NCBI RefSeq assembly: GCF_009914755.1 | Contig: NC_060926.1 | Strand: one strand, 5' to 3' | DNA from: the human T2T-CHM13v2.0 reference genome, Homo sapiens | DNA: 64,000 nucleotides | Part shown: piece after piece, positions 15,993 through 30,899 of the stretch | How positions within the stretch are numbered: the stretch's first letter is position 1 | Layout of the letters: every line of letters starts with the position of its first letter | The notes under the pieces: model-generated | The model's input: only the letters and a program-made list of their open reading frames with translations | The model's database searches: none | What the model was told of the DNA's origin: nothing | Translations under genes and position numbers: made by a program

Positions 15993-17962
15993 AACACACT
16001 GGAAATACTGGGCCCGTACAAAAACAGCCTTTTAAGTAAATGTCCTGGTTGAGTAAAAGGAAATGAATAAGCTACTATTTCTCCATAGGCAACCATATGT
16101 TATCCATTTATTTCTGAAACTATATGTGAGGATTGTCTTGCATGAACCTAGGTTCTATGCAAAATCTCAAAAGTGATGTTATAAACTGTTAACTGAATCT
16201 CAGCCCAGATGAGGCAGATGGCTCCGTTGCTTGGCCGTTTTTATGTTTTTCAGAGTCTTCCAAAGAGCTTGCCAAAAATTCTGCAAGGAATTATCCCAAT
16301 GGCCTTTAGATAGTTTCTTTTCTTCACGAAGACCCTTGTGCCATCATATATATCTCATAAGACAAATAATAAAGAGTAGTACCTGTGACTATTAAAAAAT
16401 CTAATTCCTTATTTTTTTTTGAAGTATAGTGGGGACTGGGCCATAAGATATTCTATCAACTTACTCTCAATAACTTACAACAACCCAAGGATTTTCTAGT
16501 GTAGGTATGTGAGGGTGGGGGTAGAGAAGTGTTGATAAATGTAAGAAGGAAAGAATCATAGTGGAAGTTTTCGATATTTGAAGTCCTAAATATCTACTGT
16601 GAAGTGTTTATAAGTTTTACCAGGTTAGCAGCCATATTGTGTGAGTAGCATTCGCAATGAAATGTAGTCCTCTCAGAGCAAAGGATGTTGGACTCTCCTC
16701 AAAATCACCTATTTTTTTTTTTTGAATAATGTTTGGTCTGGAAAAGACACAGTATATATAGCTATATGTCAAAACAAGTTTTATTTTGCCCAACAGAGCT
16801 GAGAACATGTCATATTTAAGATATCCTAAAGTAAGGTGCAGCCCTCCCATGCAAGCCGGAGTGAAGGGATGTCTAGCAGATTCTGCTTCCAATATACCTG
16901 TTCTAAAGATTTAACCACCTTACTGTGGTCTGCAGCTTTGCCTTTTTATTGTCTCAAGAGATGTTGCTTGATAACTTTGTAAAATCCTATGTGGACTTCC
17001 AGACCTAGCTCCAATTCTGTCTCCTTCGTAAACCCTTCTCTAGCAGCTTAGACTTTCCATCGCTGTTACAATTCAATCCTAAATCATCCTTTAATATGTC
17101 AGTGTTGATTGAATGTAATATTGTGCACAAGCAGGCTTTACACCTTGTACAATTCAAGGTGAATTTTATTAATAGAATATATACAGTCTACTCTTCAGCA
17201 AGTTGGTGAGCTTGTACTCCTCAATATCTACTACTTGAAAATTCCTCCAAGTAATATTAAGTGTTTTACAGGGGTCAAAAACCCACTCCATAAGTTCAAC
17301 AGACTTGTTTTTATCACAAGATTTATCAGATTCTTTAATATGCCCCTGAACATTATGAATATATAAGATGGGGGACTGATAAATCTACATCTAGATTTGT
17401 CTATCTACTGCCATCTAATTCATAAACCTCCTTGGCCACATAATGCTTTTTAATGTGTTTTTTTTTTTCCTTTGGCAGAACACTTGAAGACATTATTTTT
17501 CTATGGAGCATATTTGGTAAATATTAAGGACTTTTTGAGTACATTGAACATATTAACTATCATTTCACTTGATGTAAATCAAGTACACAATTACGTTCAA
17601 GGTTAATTTGGGTACTAAAGAGACAGAGATAACATTTACTGAGTCCTGAATATGGACAATGTACTATATTAAGGACTGCATACATGTTGGCCTGGTTAAT
17701 CTGTACAATATTCCTATGTTATTTTGGGGATTTACTCATTACATGGTTGAGGAACTAAATTCAAAGTGTAATGTTTCTGAGGTCAAACAACTGAGAGTTG
17801 TCAAAGTTTGCGTATAATCTTGGGTTACTCTACAGTTTATGAAATGTGCAGTGAACCCCCTATTCATTTCTGTTATTTATGTTGCACAACCATACATATT
17901 TTGTATATTTTATATGACTAACATGAGAAAGGCTTGTTAGTTAACCCACTTAAGAAAGTTAA

Positions 17963-18304
<342 letters not shown>

Positions 18305-20892
18305 GATAATTACTGTTAAAACTATCAATTTTGCTATAAAAGAACTCATATCACTGCATTATTTCTCCATTTCAATATTTAGAGGCAATAAAAAAACAAT
18401 TCCAAGGGATTAATGATCATATGAAGTTAACTGTTCTCAACTCTACCTTAGTCGATCAATTCCTTATATGTGTCATTAATTCCTTTGTAATACTACATGA
18501 TTGAATTGCTATATCTTGAACAACCCTTTGATTTTGTTGCACAGTTGCAGTAGAATGTGTCATTATTATATCATTTTTGGTGTCCACATTTGTTGTAGAA
18601 TTAGAAGATGCTAACTCATGAGCTCAATTAGTCTTAATAACAGTAGATATTTAAAGAACAAGTTATGGTTCATATTTGGGGTATCACATCATTCTAAGAT
18701 TTTTTTTCTAAGCCTTTCTAACACAGAAAAAAATATCTTAGGGATCTATTGGAATGGTCAGGTGACATTAATGTTTTCCTTATAAACTATAAAACTCTTT
18801 TCTTACGTGAATAGTAAAGAGGATTATTCCTACCCCCAAATGGTAGTGTGACAGAATACTGTGGTAAACTTTAATATAAATTTATGTTTACCTATCCAAA
18901 ATCTTTTTCAGCAAAGGAGAGATGCCCTTTGAGACTTGGTGCTATGGCTAACCATATCTGATTTGTGGTCATTTATCTTTCTGCAAATTATCTGAAGGTG
19001 TCAGAAAAGGTTTATGGTATTTTATATACTCAGCAGATAAGGTAGCAGGGAAAATATCAAGTTCATCCATTCCTGGAAGCTGATGAGCTGAGGAACAAAC
19101 ATACTAATCCTGTAAAAATTAAAGTCTGATGAACACTTTCTTGCTTATCTTTGAGAAAATCAATAAATAAAGCAGTGTGTTAAGTGAATGTCTTATTTGA
19201 CCTAGACAGTTGATTATCTTTTTTCATTCTAAATTGTCGGCTTAACTTTTTGATCACAACAAATATCACAAAGCATAGAATCACTATGATGTCTTTTCTA
19301 ATCTCCTATGGGTGAGGTATATTTTTATTAAGAAATATTTTAATGTTAATATAACCCAGTTCATTGATGTTTGTTAAAAAGCACTAAGTGATACTATCTT
19401 CCATTTGCTTTCTGTTTCATTGTTTATATAACCTTTAACATTTAATATGAGAAGGCTGGTGCCTCACCAAAGGGAAAGAAAAACATCTATTCTGTTAGGT
19501 CTTTAATTTCATTTTGCAATCTGCCACTTACTGTTCCCTTTGATACTGTTCTTTCTTATGTAAAATGTATTCTATTGCTTATCTAACAATAGGACTGTCA
19601 CTCTTAATGTGACTTGCCTTCTTGCTTGCTTTGCAGTTTGTGGTGGACAAATAGGCTGATTTTGAGGTACTTAGATTGAAGGATGACTTCAATGTAAAGA
19701 TAAGAAAGTTAAAAAAAAAAAGAATTCTAACAAAACTGGTGCAAATGAGACAGTCGTTTAAAATATGCTATTTAATTAAAATAATTAAAACCAGTATGAT
19801 TTGAGAGTTTTTGGTCCGTGGTGCCCTATTCCTGTCAAAGGTGTGGCCAGCAGTCTATAATGTGGTCTGTCATTATAACAGTTTTTCAATCCACTAGTCA
19901 GATTGAGGCAGTGGAGATTTCGGGCAGTGAATATTGTCGTTCTTCCTAAAGATCCTAAAGGTTGTGATTAGGCACAACCATACTCAGAATTTCAACTGAA
20001 TGTAGAATAAAGGTAAACTCTGGGGATAGAATACTGGCATAAACTATGCAGGCAAAATGTAGTGTCATTTAGGGCGTGCACAGGTTAATCTTGCCCAAAA
20101 GGTAGAAGTGATACACTAGGAAACTGAGGCAAACTTTTTATAATTGGTATCTCATGACAGAGGAAGGGATAGTTTTTGGTGATTACCCCAGAGTGCAAGA
20201 CTAATTCTGACGGATGAAGAAGAGGCTTCTTCATCACCTCTTAGATACATGTGATGAAAACTCATGCTGATGCTAAATGGAGTTTGCATGCCTGTTCAGA
20301 TGAGAGATCTACTACTTTTAACTGTGCAACTTCAGGCAAGTTACATAACTTCTCCATTTTTCATTAGCAAATTAGTAGATCTAATCTACTTCATCAGGTA
20401 TAGTGAAATATAATTGGATGAGTACATGTAAAACTCTTTGAATGTGCTGAAAGTAGATACATCTTTTTTTGCTTTTATTATTACATTATTATTCCATTCA
20501 TTTCGGACTCTTGCTGGAAGGAGAAGACAGCACAGCAAAGACTTTTTGTCGGTACAAATTAGTGCAAAACAAAAGAAGTAATAGATAAACAGCTTTTTCT
20601 GTGAGGAACACAATAAAAAAGGTGTTTCTGTTTGATTCTGAACTCAAAAATTGGTAGATTAATTTGACTAACTTGAGCCATGACTTAATTCTGTTCATTG
20701 TAGCAGTAAAGCTTCTGCTCTATCTGCTCCCATACTTCATAAACCCCTTTACAGAATCTTACTAGTAGTCTTTCTCTTGACTCCAAGGTGTTACAATCTG
20801 GGGTGATTTCAAATTTTAGAGTATGTTTTAGTTTACCTTTCTGACCTCCTTAGCTCCAATTACCTACATTTTAACATTTGAGCTCCACTTTA

Positions 20893-21554
20893 GCATTTGT
20901 CTTAGGTTTCTCTAGAGGGATGGAACTAATAGGAGGTACATCCATGTATATTTACGAATATTAAAGGGAGTTCATTAGAGAGAATTGGCTCACATGATTA
21001 CCAAGGTGAAGTCCCTCGAGAGGCTGCCGGCAAGCTAGAGAATACTGTTAATATGGCTCCCAGGTAGGGTGGTGGCATGACTCAGTCCAAGTCTGAAAGC
21101 CTCAAAACCAGGGAAGCTGATAGTGTGGCTCCAGTCTGAGGCCAAAGGCCTGAGAACTCCCGGGATATGTGTATGTGGGGGCGGGGTGGTGATGGTGTTC
21201 CTTTGGTGAAAGTCCCAGTCCAATGGCCACAGAACCTGGTGTCTGATGTCTGATGTCCAAAAGCAGGAGGAGGAAAGGGTGTACTGCTCCAGGAAAGGGA
21301 GAGAGAGAGAGAGAGAGAAGGGAGCAAGCAAACTGAATGCCTCTTTTTTCCATCTAGTTTTTTTCTAGTGACACCATCAGCTGACTGGATGGTGCCTGCC
21401 CACATTGCAGGCAGATCTTCCTCTCCCATTTCACTGACTCACGTGTAAATCTCTTCTGGAAACACCCTCACAGACACACCCAGAAACAATACTTCACCAG
21501 CCATCTCAACATCCCTCAATCCAGTCAGGTTGACATCTAATATTAACCGTCATT
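20893..21554 (-). mobile_element. MLT2B-type (HERV-L) solo LTR
   Basis: tctctagaggga...gaactaatagga; ggaaacaccctcacagacacacccagaaacaatact; caggttgacatctaatattaacc. Confidence 0.85.
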
Positions 21555-21719
21555 GTCACATCTTTGTTCTTGTCATCATGAACTTCCCCAAACTGATATC
21601 TTACGTTAAATATCTGAGTTGAGATGTCTCATATTCTCCCAGTTTCCCTTCGCTTTTACCAGTTTACCTTGTCCTTGACCTCAGTGAGAACCGTCCTTTC
21701 TTCCATTCTGCAAAGCCAC

Positions 21720-23810
21720 TTTTTTGAAAATTAAATTTGTAATTGACAACATTGTATATATTTATTTAGTAAAACACGTTACTTTTAAATAGGTACGCAT
21801 TGTGGAATGGCTGAATCAAGCTAATTAATATACATTATTAACTCACCTACTTAGTTTTCTCTGTGATAACACTCAAAATCTACTCTCTTCACAATTTTCA
21901 TGAATACAATGCATTGTTATTAACTATAGTCACCATGTTATACAATAGATCTCTTGAACTTATTCCTTGGAGTCTTTTTTTAATTTTGTATCATATGGCC
22001 ATCACTCTTTTTGCCTCAGCCTCTGGTAACTAACCACTATTCAACTCTCTTCTTCTATTAGTTCAGCCTTTTGTACACACTGCATATAAGTGAGATCAAT
22101 CTGTATTTATCCTTCTGTGCCTTGATCATTCCACTTAATATAATATTCTTTAGGTTCATTCATGTCACAAATGACAGGATTTTTTCTTTTCTTTATTTTA
22201 GGCTGAATAGTATTCCACCGTGTTTATGTACCACATTTTCTTTATTCATTCATCTGATAATGAACACTTAGGTTGTATCCATATCTCAGCAATTATGAAA
22301 AATCCTGCAATGAACACGGGAGCAAACAGACATCTCTTTGACATATTTATGTAATTTCCTTTGAATATATGAATATACCCAGTAGCGGTATTGCTAGATT
22401 GTATGTTAGTTCTTTTTAATTTTTTGAAGAAACTCCATACTGCTTTACAAAATGACTGTATAAATTTACATTCCTCCCAACAGTGTGCAAAGATTCTCTT
22501 TTCTCCACATCCTCTTTAGCACTTGTCATCTTTTGTCTTTTTGATAATAGCCATTTTAAAGTACATGAAGTGATATCGTATTGTGGTTTAATTTGAATTT
22601 CTTTGATCATTAATGATGGTGTGCATTTTTAAATAGAACTGTTGACTATTTTTATGTCTTCTTTTGAGAACTATTTCATTCCTTTGCCCATTTATTAATC
22701 AGTTTATTTGTTTACTTTTAGTTCCGCATGTATCTTGGATATAAACCCCTTATAAGATATCTGGTTTGCAAATATTTTCTCCCATTCTGTAGGTTGTTTC
22801 TTTAGTCAGTATTGTTTTCTTGGATGTGCGGAAGCTTTAAGCCTGATTTAATCCCATTTTTCATTTTTGCTTTCATTGCCTGTGCATTTGGGTTTATATC
22901 CAAAAAAGAATATTGCCCAGACCAGTATAATGGAGATTTTCCTTTGTGTTTTCTTCCAGTAAGTTTACAGTTTCAGCCCCAGCGTTTAGGTCCTTAATCC
23001 ATTTTGAGTTATTTCTGTACATGACATGAGATAAGGGTCCAGTTTCATTATTCTTCCTATGGATATTGAGTTGTCCCACCATCATTTATTGAAGAGACTG
23101 CCCTTTCTCCATTTTGTGTTCTTGACACCTTTGTTAAAAATCAATTGACTGTAAATGTGTTGGTTTCTTTCTGGCTCTTTATTCTGTTTCCTTGGTCTAT
23201 GTGTTTGTTTGTATACCAGTACCATGCTGTTTTGATTGCTATAGCTTTGTGGTATATTTTGAAGTCAGGTAGTGTGGTGTTTCCAGCTTTGTTCTTTCAA
23301 GATTGCTTTGGCTATTCTGGATCTTTTGTGGCTCTGTAGAAATGGTAGGATTGTTTTTATATATCTGTGAAAAATGTCATTGGAATTTTGGCAGGGATTA
23401 TATTGAATCTGTAGATCACTTTGAGTAATATGGATATTTTAACAATATTAACTCAATCCATGAACATGGAATATCTTTCTATTTACTTGTGTTTTCTTTC
23501 ATTTATTTTACTATTGTTTTAGAGTTTTCAATGTACAGATCTTGCACCTTTTAGTTAAATTTATATCTAGATTTTTTTCTGGCTGTTCTAACAATTTTTT
23601 TTTCTAATATCTTTTTTGGTTAATTCCTTGTTAGTATATAGAAATGCTACTGATTTTTGTATATTGATTTTATATCATTCAACTTTATTGCATTTTCTTA
23701 TCAGTTCTAAGAATTTTTGGTGGAGTCTTTAAGGTTTTCTATACATAAAATCATGTCATCAGCAACCAGGGACAATTTAACATCTTCCTTTATAATGTGG
23801 ATGTCTTTCA
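21720..23810 (-). mobile_element. L1MA-type LINE-1, 3' about 2.1 kb, decayed ORF2 C-terminus
   Basis: cattgtggaatggctgaatcaagctaattaa 3' end; ORF2-like peptides (SKWIKDLN, EDVEKRE). Confidence 0.9.
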
Positions 23811-26052
23811 TAACACTTCTGGCTTTATTTCCTTTTGCCTTCTAATTCTTCTGTCATATCTGCCTGGAAAACTCCAACATGAGATGGTGCTCACATTCAG
23901 TCTTTTTTTCTTTTTCACACAGGAGCTCCAGGGGAAGGCCAAATAAAATCTTCTAATCGGTGAAGTTCATGCCCTTACATATTCCTGTTGCCCACTTCCA
24001 TTTGTGCACTTAATACTTTCTGGTAATTTTCTGTAGTAATTATTTCAAATTTTCTCTTGTCTTTCTGCTCCCTATCCCATAATGTACCTCCACCCTATTA
24101 CACCTTTACATGTAAACAGTGTAATTCTGAAGAGATAATTTTTATACAGAAAATTAGTGTTGTGTGTGTACATCTATAGAGTTAATATTTAAAATATATA
24201 TCATATATTTATAAATTTTAAATATATAAAATATATATAAAATTATTCAGAAACATGGAAGGTACATAAGTGTCATATAAACATTCAATATTTTTATTAT
24301 TGTACTCAGCAGCAGGTGAAACCACCTCAACGTTTTATCACTCTGTCTCCATCTATCATCACGTTTCCTGTCTTTTCCTACTCACAAAAGGAAATGCAGA
24401 ATAAAACGTTTGTCTAAGATGATCTCTTTTGTATTCTGGACACACTTCTATCTCTTCACGTAAATTAATTGATTTTTCATTTTGTTTCCAATCTTGCCTT
24501 TGCAATCGCTCTTCCCCATCAGTATTTCAACATATTTTGATCTCTCATAATCCTCTCTTCAAACGTAAGCCTTTGGTCATATGGTGAGTTTTCTTCCATT
24601 TCAAAGGCTCTAAAGGAGACAAGATTTGTTAAGACCTTTTTGACATTGGTGTTTCTACTTTCTCTTTCCCCATAAATATTTTCAATCTCTGTAATCTGGT
24701 TTGTGCTCTAACACCTAACAAAACGGCTGGGGCAAATATTATCCATGTTCATTTTCTTATAAAATTCTATGGGTACCTTTTATTTTTCCAACTTCTGACA
24801 ATTTTATCCTTCGGAAAATTCATTTTCTACAGGCATCACAATCTCCTTTTTTTGCACACGGCTCCTCAGCAGCACATTGATGATGTCATTTATTGGTGCC
24901 ACTTACTCTGTTTCTCCCAGATGTTGATGATCCCCTTAATTTTCATCTCCATATGTGTAGTTTTATTCACATCTGTTTGTAAGAACTATTTATGTATTCT
25001 TTTTGCTCTGTTATTTCTTTCTTTGAGTTTGTTCTAGACTGGTATAGGTAACTATAACTGCATGTATATCACATTCAAAATATGAACCCTGAACTCAAAA
25101 TGTCTTATCATATCTTACTCTCCCATCTAAAATGTATCTACTTCTGTAATTACTATATTAGGAGCATGACCAACTTTAGACAAGTCCAAAATTTACTAGT
25201 CTACCTTGACTACTCCTCCTTTCGTACCTCCCCAAATCCAGTCAATTTATTCAATGAATTTTTTAACAAAGCCTCAAAAATCTCTATCATATTTACTTCA
25301 TTCTCCATTACTATGGCCAATACACTCTCCAAGACTTCAGTCTTTATTTGCCACACACCATTACTCTACAATACTCTTTTTGAAATACAAACATGACAAT
25401 AGCTTAAGCTTATGTCAAGCCTCTGTGTGAAACACCAGTACGTGGTAAGAATTCAAGTAGTTTATTTGAATTGCATTTATTTGCACTAAGTTTTTCTTAC
25501 CTCATGTTTAAATCTTCAAATATATTGGTGGAAATAAAATAGCCAAGCATACAAAGTAATTGAATTGTTAGTAAATTGCCATTACTTATAAAATTACATT
25601 TTTGAGCTTGAATGGACTTATAATACAATGACATATGTTCCCAGAAGCTAAAACTAAATCATCTCATTTATTAAACACAATAAAATCATTGTACACATAG
25701 GTCTAATGTTATATTCTAGATGGTAAATTTGATAATTTATAATAAAAAAAGGAAATTTTAGTTATCTAATTTGGCAATTTTCTTATTGTCAATACTTATT
25801 TAAAATATTGGGATTTGTAGAACTGATACACTAAAATTTGACAATTTGAAAATAACTTTTCCAAGTTTACTGGAAAATGTGAAGACTTGATTATATATAA
25901 CAGCCTCTTCCAAGAGAAATAAGGCATTTCTTACTAGAGCATTATTTTTATTCTTTCTTTAGTTGGAATTGTAGCTAACCAATATATACTATTTAATAGA
26001 TGATAGTTGAATGAATATTTGGCTCCTAAAGCTTTGCTGTGGGCTGCACTAA

Positions 26053-26122
26053 AATAAATAAATAAATATATATATATGTGTATATATATATATATATACA
26101 TAAATATATATATATATATATT
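26053..26122. repeat. (AAAT)n(TA)n microsatellite
   Basis: Direct reading. Confidence 0.9.
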
Positions 26123-26624
26123 AAGATGGCTGTCTAAATGTCCCTGAATTATTTCTTGCCTACTTCTACCACACTTTTGTGTATGACCATGTATTGTAGT
26201 TAATCCATGCATGCAATTTAATATTTATTTGTTGATATTGTACTGAAAAGTTTTTTGAGATAGACTAAAACATTTGAACATTATGTTCTAATAAACTTAT
26301 TTGCACAAACATCAGTTTGGGGGAGGGCATAATTTTTTTAAAAAATACAATGCTGTGTTTAGCAGTATTTAAGCTTATTTGCTGTTGCCTTTTGTGATGA
26401 CAAAATATACTGCCTAAGAACTGTATTTCAAGACGGACATAGTGCAGATCAGAACTTTCTCATACCATTTTAAGTGAATTGGTTTTTCTTTAGTACACTT
26501 ATGAAGACTAATTTATATAAAGCTGACTAGTGTAAAGGAGATCTGGAGATAGTTAAATTTTTATAGCTCAGAAATGGCAACTACTTCTTTATATAGACAG
26601 CACAAATGTATTTAACTTGATTAA

Positions 26625-27652
26625 TTCTTTTATTTATTACTTTTTAAACTTTTATTTTAGATTCAGGGGTACATATGTAGGTTTCCTACACAGGTAAATT
26701 GGGTGTTAAAGGGGTTTGGGGTTCATTAGCTAGGTAATAATCATAAGACCTAATAGGTAGTTTTTCCAGTCTTAACCATCTTCCACCCTCCAACCTCAAG
26801 TAGATCCCAGTGTCTGTTGTTCCCTTTTTGTGTCCCTATGTACTCAATGTTTAGCTTCTATTGTAAGTGAGAACATGCACTACTTGGTTTTCTGTTCCTG
26901 CATTAGTTTGCTTAGGATAACGGTTTCCAGCTCCATCCACATTGCTGCAAGGGTCACAGTCTCATTCTTTTTTATGGCTGCATAATATTCCATGGTATAT
27001 ATGTATCTCATTTTCTTTATTCAGTCTACCATTGATGTGCATTTAAGTGAATTCCATGTCTTTGCTATTGTGAATAGTGCTGCAGTGAACATATGTGTGC
27101 ATGTTTCTACCATAAGTGGTAGAATAATTTATATTCCTTTGGGTATATACCCAATAATGGGATTGCTGGGTCAAATGGTAATTCTATTTTAAGTTCTTGC
27201 AGAAATTTCCAAATTGCTTTCCACAGTGGTTGAACTAGTTTACATTTCCACCAGCAGTGCATAGGCATTTCCTTCTCTCCACAACCTTGCAGCATCTGTA
27301 ATTTTTTTGACTTTTTAATAGTGGCCATTCTGACTGGTATGAGGTGGCATCTCATTGTGGTTTTGGTTTGCATTTCTCTAATGACAGCGATGTTGAGCAT
27401 TTTTTCATATGCTTGTTGGCTATGTGTACGTCTTCTTTTGAAAAATGTCTGTTCATGTAATTTTCCCATCTTTAATGAGGTTGTTTTTACTTGAAAATTT
27501 GTTTCTTATAGATGCTAGATATTAGACGTTTGTCAAATGCATAGTTTGCAAATACTTTCTCACATTCTATAGGTTGTCAATATAATTTCTTTATGGTTTC
27601 TTTGTGCAGAAGCTTTTTAGCTTAATTAGGTCTCATTTGTTAATTTTTGCTT
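26625..27652 (-). mobile_element. L1 (L1PA13-16/L1PB-type), 3' about 1 kb
   Basis: ORF2 C-terminal peptide [19 protein letters not shown]...HCWWKCKLVQPLWK...PFDPAIPLLGIYP; typical 3' UTR. Confidence 0.92.
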
Positions 27653-28899
27653 GTAGAAGTGTTGCACTGTGGCTGTCATGAGACCTAGGCACTATTGCCT
27701 AGGTAGTCCCCTTTTTCTTAAAACATTATAAACTAATATTCTGCAATTGTATTGGTAAAGAAATGAAAATAATCTGGGCTCTAATTATTATTATATCTTC
27801 ATTAGTATTATACTATTCATTTTCCCTTCTGATCTTAAATTAAAATTAAGTCATTTCTGTGGGCCCCATATAATTATCGTAGGCTCTAGTCACTATGCCT
27901 GTAGTACATAATATACCAGCCCAGGTCAGAATTAACAACTTTTGTTTTGAACTTCCTTATTGCCACTGCAGGGGCCAAGGGAAAACTTTCCTTTTACCTT
28001 CTAAAGGTTCACAGAAAAAACAATTGATAAAAGGCAGATTAGTAGGAGAAATGCCATGTACATTTATTAATGTGCACAGGAGAGAACTGATACTGGTAGG
28101 CTAGGGGAGGTCCCGGAATGCCAGTGGGACCTCGACCCCAGCCAGTGTCCAGTATGTTGACACTGTCACAAGAAGAAATTTAAGGATGAGTTGGAAAATA
28201 GTGAAACTATTGAGATTTATTCCAAAGCGAAAGTACACACTCAAAAAAGGGGAGAGCAGGCATACTCAAGAGAAGGAGCCTCAAGGGCTCTGGGGCTTCT
28301 ACCTTTATGGGTTTATTTAACTAAGGGGTGGAATATTCATGAAGATTCCTGGAAAAAGATGGAGATTTCTCAGAACTGTGGTGTGTCTCGCTTTTACACC
28401 AAATATGGGTATTCTTGAACTGTCATGGTGCTGAAGGGTGTATAATATTTTAAGGAGCATATAATGAGGTCCTAGGCGAAACCTGGATCAAATCTAGGAT
28501 CTCTCATCATGTTGGTCCAGTTGGTCTTAGCCAGCTTGGCCCAGACCCTGGTTTTCAGGACCTTAGTGACCCCTAGCTTATGCAGTTACTTCAATAATTT
28601 CCTTTTTGCTAGTCATGAAAATTTGCTGTCTTGAATTTTCTATTCTCCTGTGACCACCCTGTCACAGGGTAATTATTCCTGTAGTATTCCTGTCTCGTCC
28701 CTTACCACCCCCCAAAGGTTTCCATTTCTTATTCTTAAGGGTTGGTTGATGAGGGAGGAGGTCAGTCTTCTGTATCTATTTTCTGCTGATTAGGAGTGAT
28801 GGCCCTGCCTAGCAAGAGCATAGAAATCTCTGGCTGCCTGTTCTAAGGGTCAAAAGGGTGGGTCATTGGAAGAATCTGAACCCAAGGCAAGGATTGGTT

Positions 28900-29290
28900 G
28901 GAATCCTTGCATTGCCATCATTTTGACATGGAACCATTGAAACCTCAAAGATAAAAACTTTACGTGGAGGTTAAACAAGCAAGGACTAAAGATTAGGAGT
29001 AATAAGGTAGCCATTAAATGTCCCAGGAAAGGTAGATCAAACCATCTGGGATTCTTTCAAAGGGTATCTACTAAGTATGACATGGGAAGTATCCTTTGAT
29101 AGAATCCCAGATGGTTTGAACAGTGGTGTTATTGAAATTATGTAGCCAGGTAGCCTGCTGATAAATCCTGTGAACTTGCAGTTCAACTAATCCTGAATTG
29201 TTAATATAAGAACAGCTGTTGTTTATTACTGTGCAAACCCCTCCATGTTCAGCTAGACAATAAAGACTCATGTTGTTTCCCTGACCATTC
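28900..29290 (-). pseudogene. env TM remnant of the MER61-type provirus
   Basis: LAEHGGVCTVINNSCSYINNSGLVELQVHRIYQQATWLH (ISD/CX6CC-like region) followed by a hydrophobic anchor LPFLGHLMATLLLLIFSPCLFN. Confidence 0.85.
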
Positions 29291-29454
29291 AAGCATTTCA
29301 TTCTCTGGTTCTGTTAGGGCATCATACAATGGCTCAGCCAAATACTGAGACCCAAATCCTGCAAAATCCAGGAAAGTTCTGAGTTGCTTTGTGGAGGTAG
29401 CCACCTTTCATTCAATGGAGAAAGGCTGGTTTCCTGGGCTTAGCATGTACTCCT

Positions 29455-29692
29455 TTTTTTTTTTTGAGACTGAGTCTTGGTCTGTCGTCTCCACAGTGAT
29501 TCTCCTGCCTCAGTCTCCCGAGTAGCTGGGATTACAGGCATGTGCCACCACACCCAGCTAATTTTTGTATTTTTAGTAGAGATGGGGTTTCACCATGTTG
29601 TCCAGAATGGCCTCGATCTCCTGATCTCATGATCTGGCTGCCTCGGCCTCCCAAAGTGCTGGGATTACAGGCATGAGCCACCAGGCCCAGCC
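29455..29692 (-). mobile_element. Alu with internal right-arm deletion, inserted in RT
   Basis: Alu interrupts EVRYLG|YML; about 55 bp of the right arm missing; no clear TSD. Confidence 0.9.
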
Positions 29693-30161
29693 TAGATATC
29701 TTACTTCTGGTTTAGAAATCTGGTCCTTGGATGGAGAGACTTGATACACTCTTTCTCTCAGAAAGTTTAGGAGTTGAATGGAATTCTTATCTGAGTCCCC
29801 TTTAGAGGAACTGCATAGAAGGATGTCATCCATATATTGGACTATGACTCCCCTTTCTAGCTCTAGCTCCCTTAATTCTCATGACAAAGTTTTTCTGTAC
29901 AATCGAGGGCTATCCCTAAAGCCCAGAGTCAGTACTGTCCAGGTGTACTGCTGGGTAATATTAGTTCCACGATCAGCCCACTAAAAGCAAACAAATACTA
30001 AGACTCAGGGTACAAAAGGACACAAGAAAAGCATCATTAACATCTAACACCTTAAACCAATTGGTGTCTCACAGTATTTGGGTTAAGTATTGCATAAGGA
30101 TTTGGCACTATAGGATGTAAAGTCATTACAGCCTCATTAATAGCTCATAAGTCTTAAACTA

Positions 30162-30240
30162 TTAGGCTAGTGCAAAAGTAATGTCAGTTTTTACCATTAC
30201 TTTTATAGCAGAAACTACAATTACTTTTGTACCAACTTAA
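30162..30240. mobile_element. MADE1 (Hsmar1-derived MITE)
   Basis: 79-bp palindrome ttaggctagtgcaaaagtaat...attacttttgtaccaacttaa between TA dinucleotides; removal restores RT EYKVV*DL*AINEAV (canonical EYRLVQDLRAINEAV). Confidence 0.93.
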
Positions 30241-30899
30241 TACTTTATATTCTCCATTTGATTTTTGGATAGGGGGGACAGGAGTATTACCAAGAGACTG
30301 ACACAGAATCAGAAATCCATGTTTTAAAAACTTTTCAATTAGAGGTTGGAGTCCTCCCCTGGCTTCTGGTTTGAGGGAATATTGATGCTTGTGTGGGAAA
30401 TTATTTTTGTCTTTTAAAGAGATGATCACTGGCTTAGCATGTATTGCTTTGCCAGGGATTTCTTGATCCCACACTTGTGGGTCTGCTTGACACCTTGTTT
30501 TGGGAGGCTCTCTTGCTTTTCCGAGGCTGGGTTAGAATAAAACAAGGATTGCCAATAAAGAGGTTTCCCCAGGACCTGAGAAATATCGAAGGGTGGCTAG
30601 GAGGTCCTGTTCTAAAAGGGAGTGGGACGCTCAGTAAAACTAGAAGCTCATGAGTTACCACATAGTTTTCTAGCCTTCAGCACAGAGGCAAAATGAAGTT
30701 TTTGGTTTTGGGGTGCCATTAATACCAATGACAGTACAGCTTTCGGAGAATAAGGGCCCAGAGTGTCCTTTAGGACACAGTAACTAGCTCTTGTATAGAT
30801 TTAAGAAATTAATATTCTTACCTGTCACGTCAGGAGTCACCCAGGGCTCCTCAGTTGTGACGACTACGTCTTTAGTGGGAGCCACCAGGAAGCTTAGAC

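Larger units (their letters stand above)
29310..30830 (-). pseudogene. pro and RT remnant of the MER61-type provirus
   Basis: WDQEIPGKAIHAKPVIISLK...QYSLKPEA...NTPVPPIQKSNGEYK and VQYMDDILLCS; stops, frameshifts, interrupted by MADE1 and an Alu. Confidence 0.88.

Noticed and set aside
23850-25460. L2/MIR-like decayed fragments here and near 4.9-5.3, 6.2, 8.8 and 17.7 kb
   Set aside because: Probably real ancient repeats but too diverged to delimit by eye
28900-29301. env TM as a syncytin-like gene
   Set aside because: SU missing, immunosuppressive domain truncated, frame broken by the inversion
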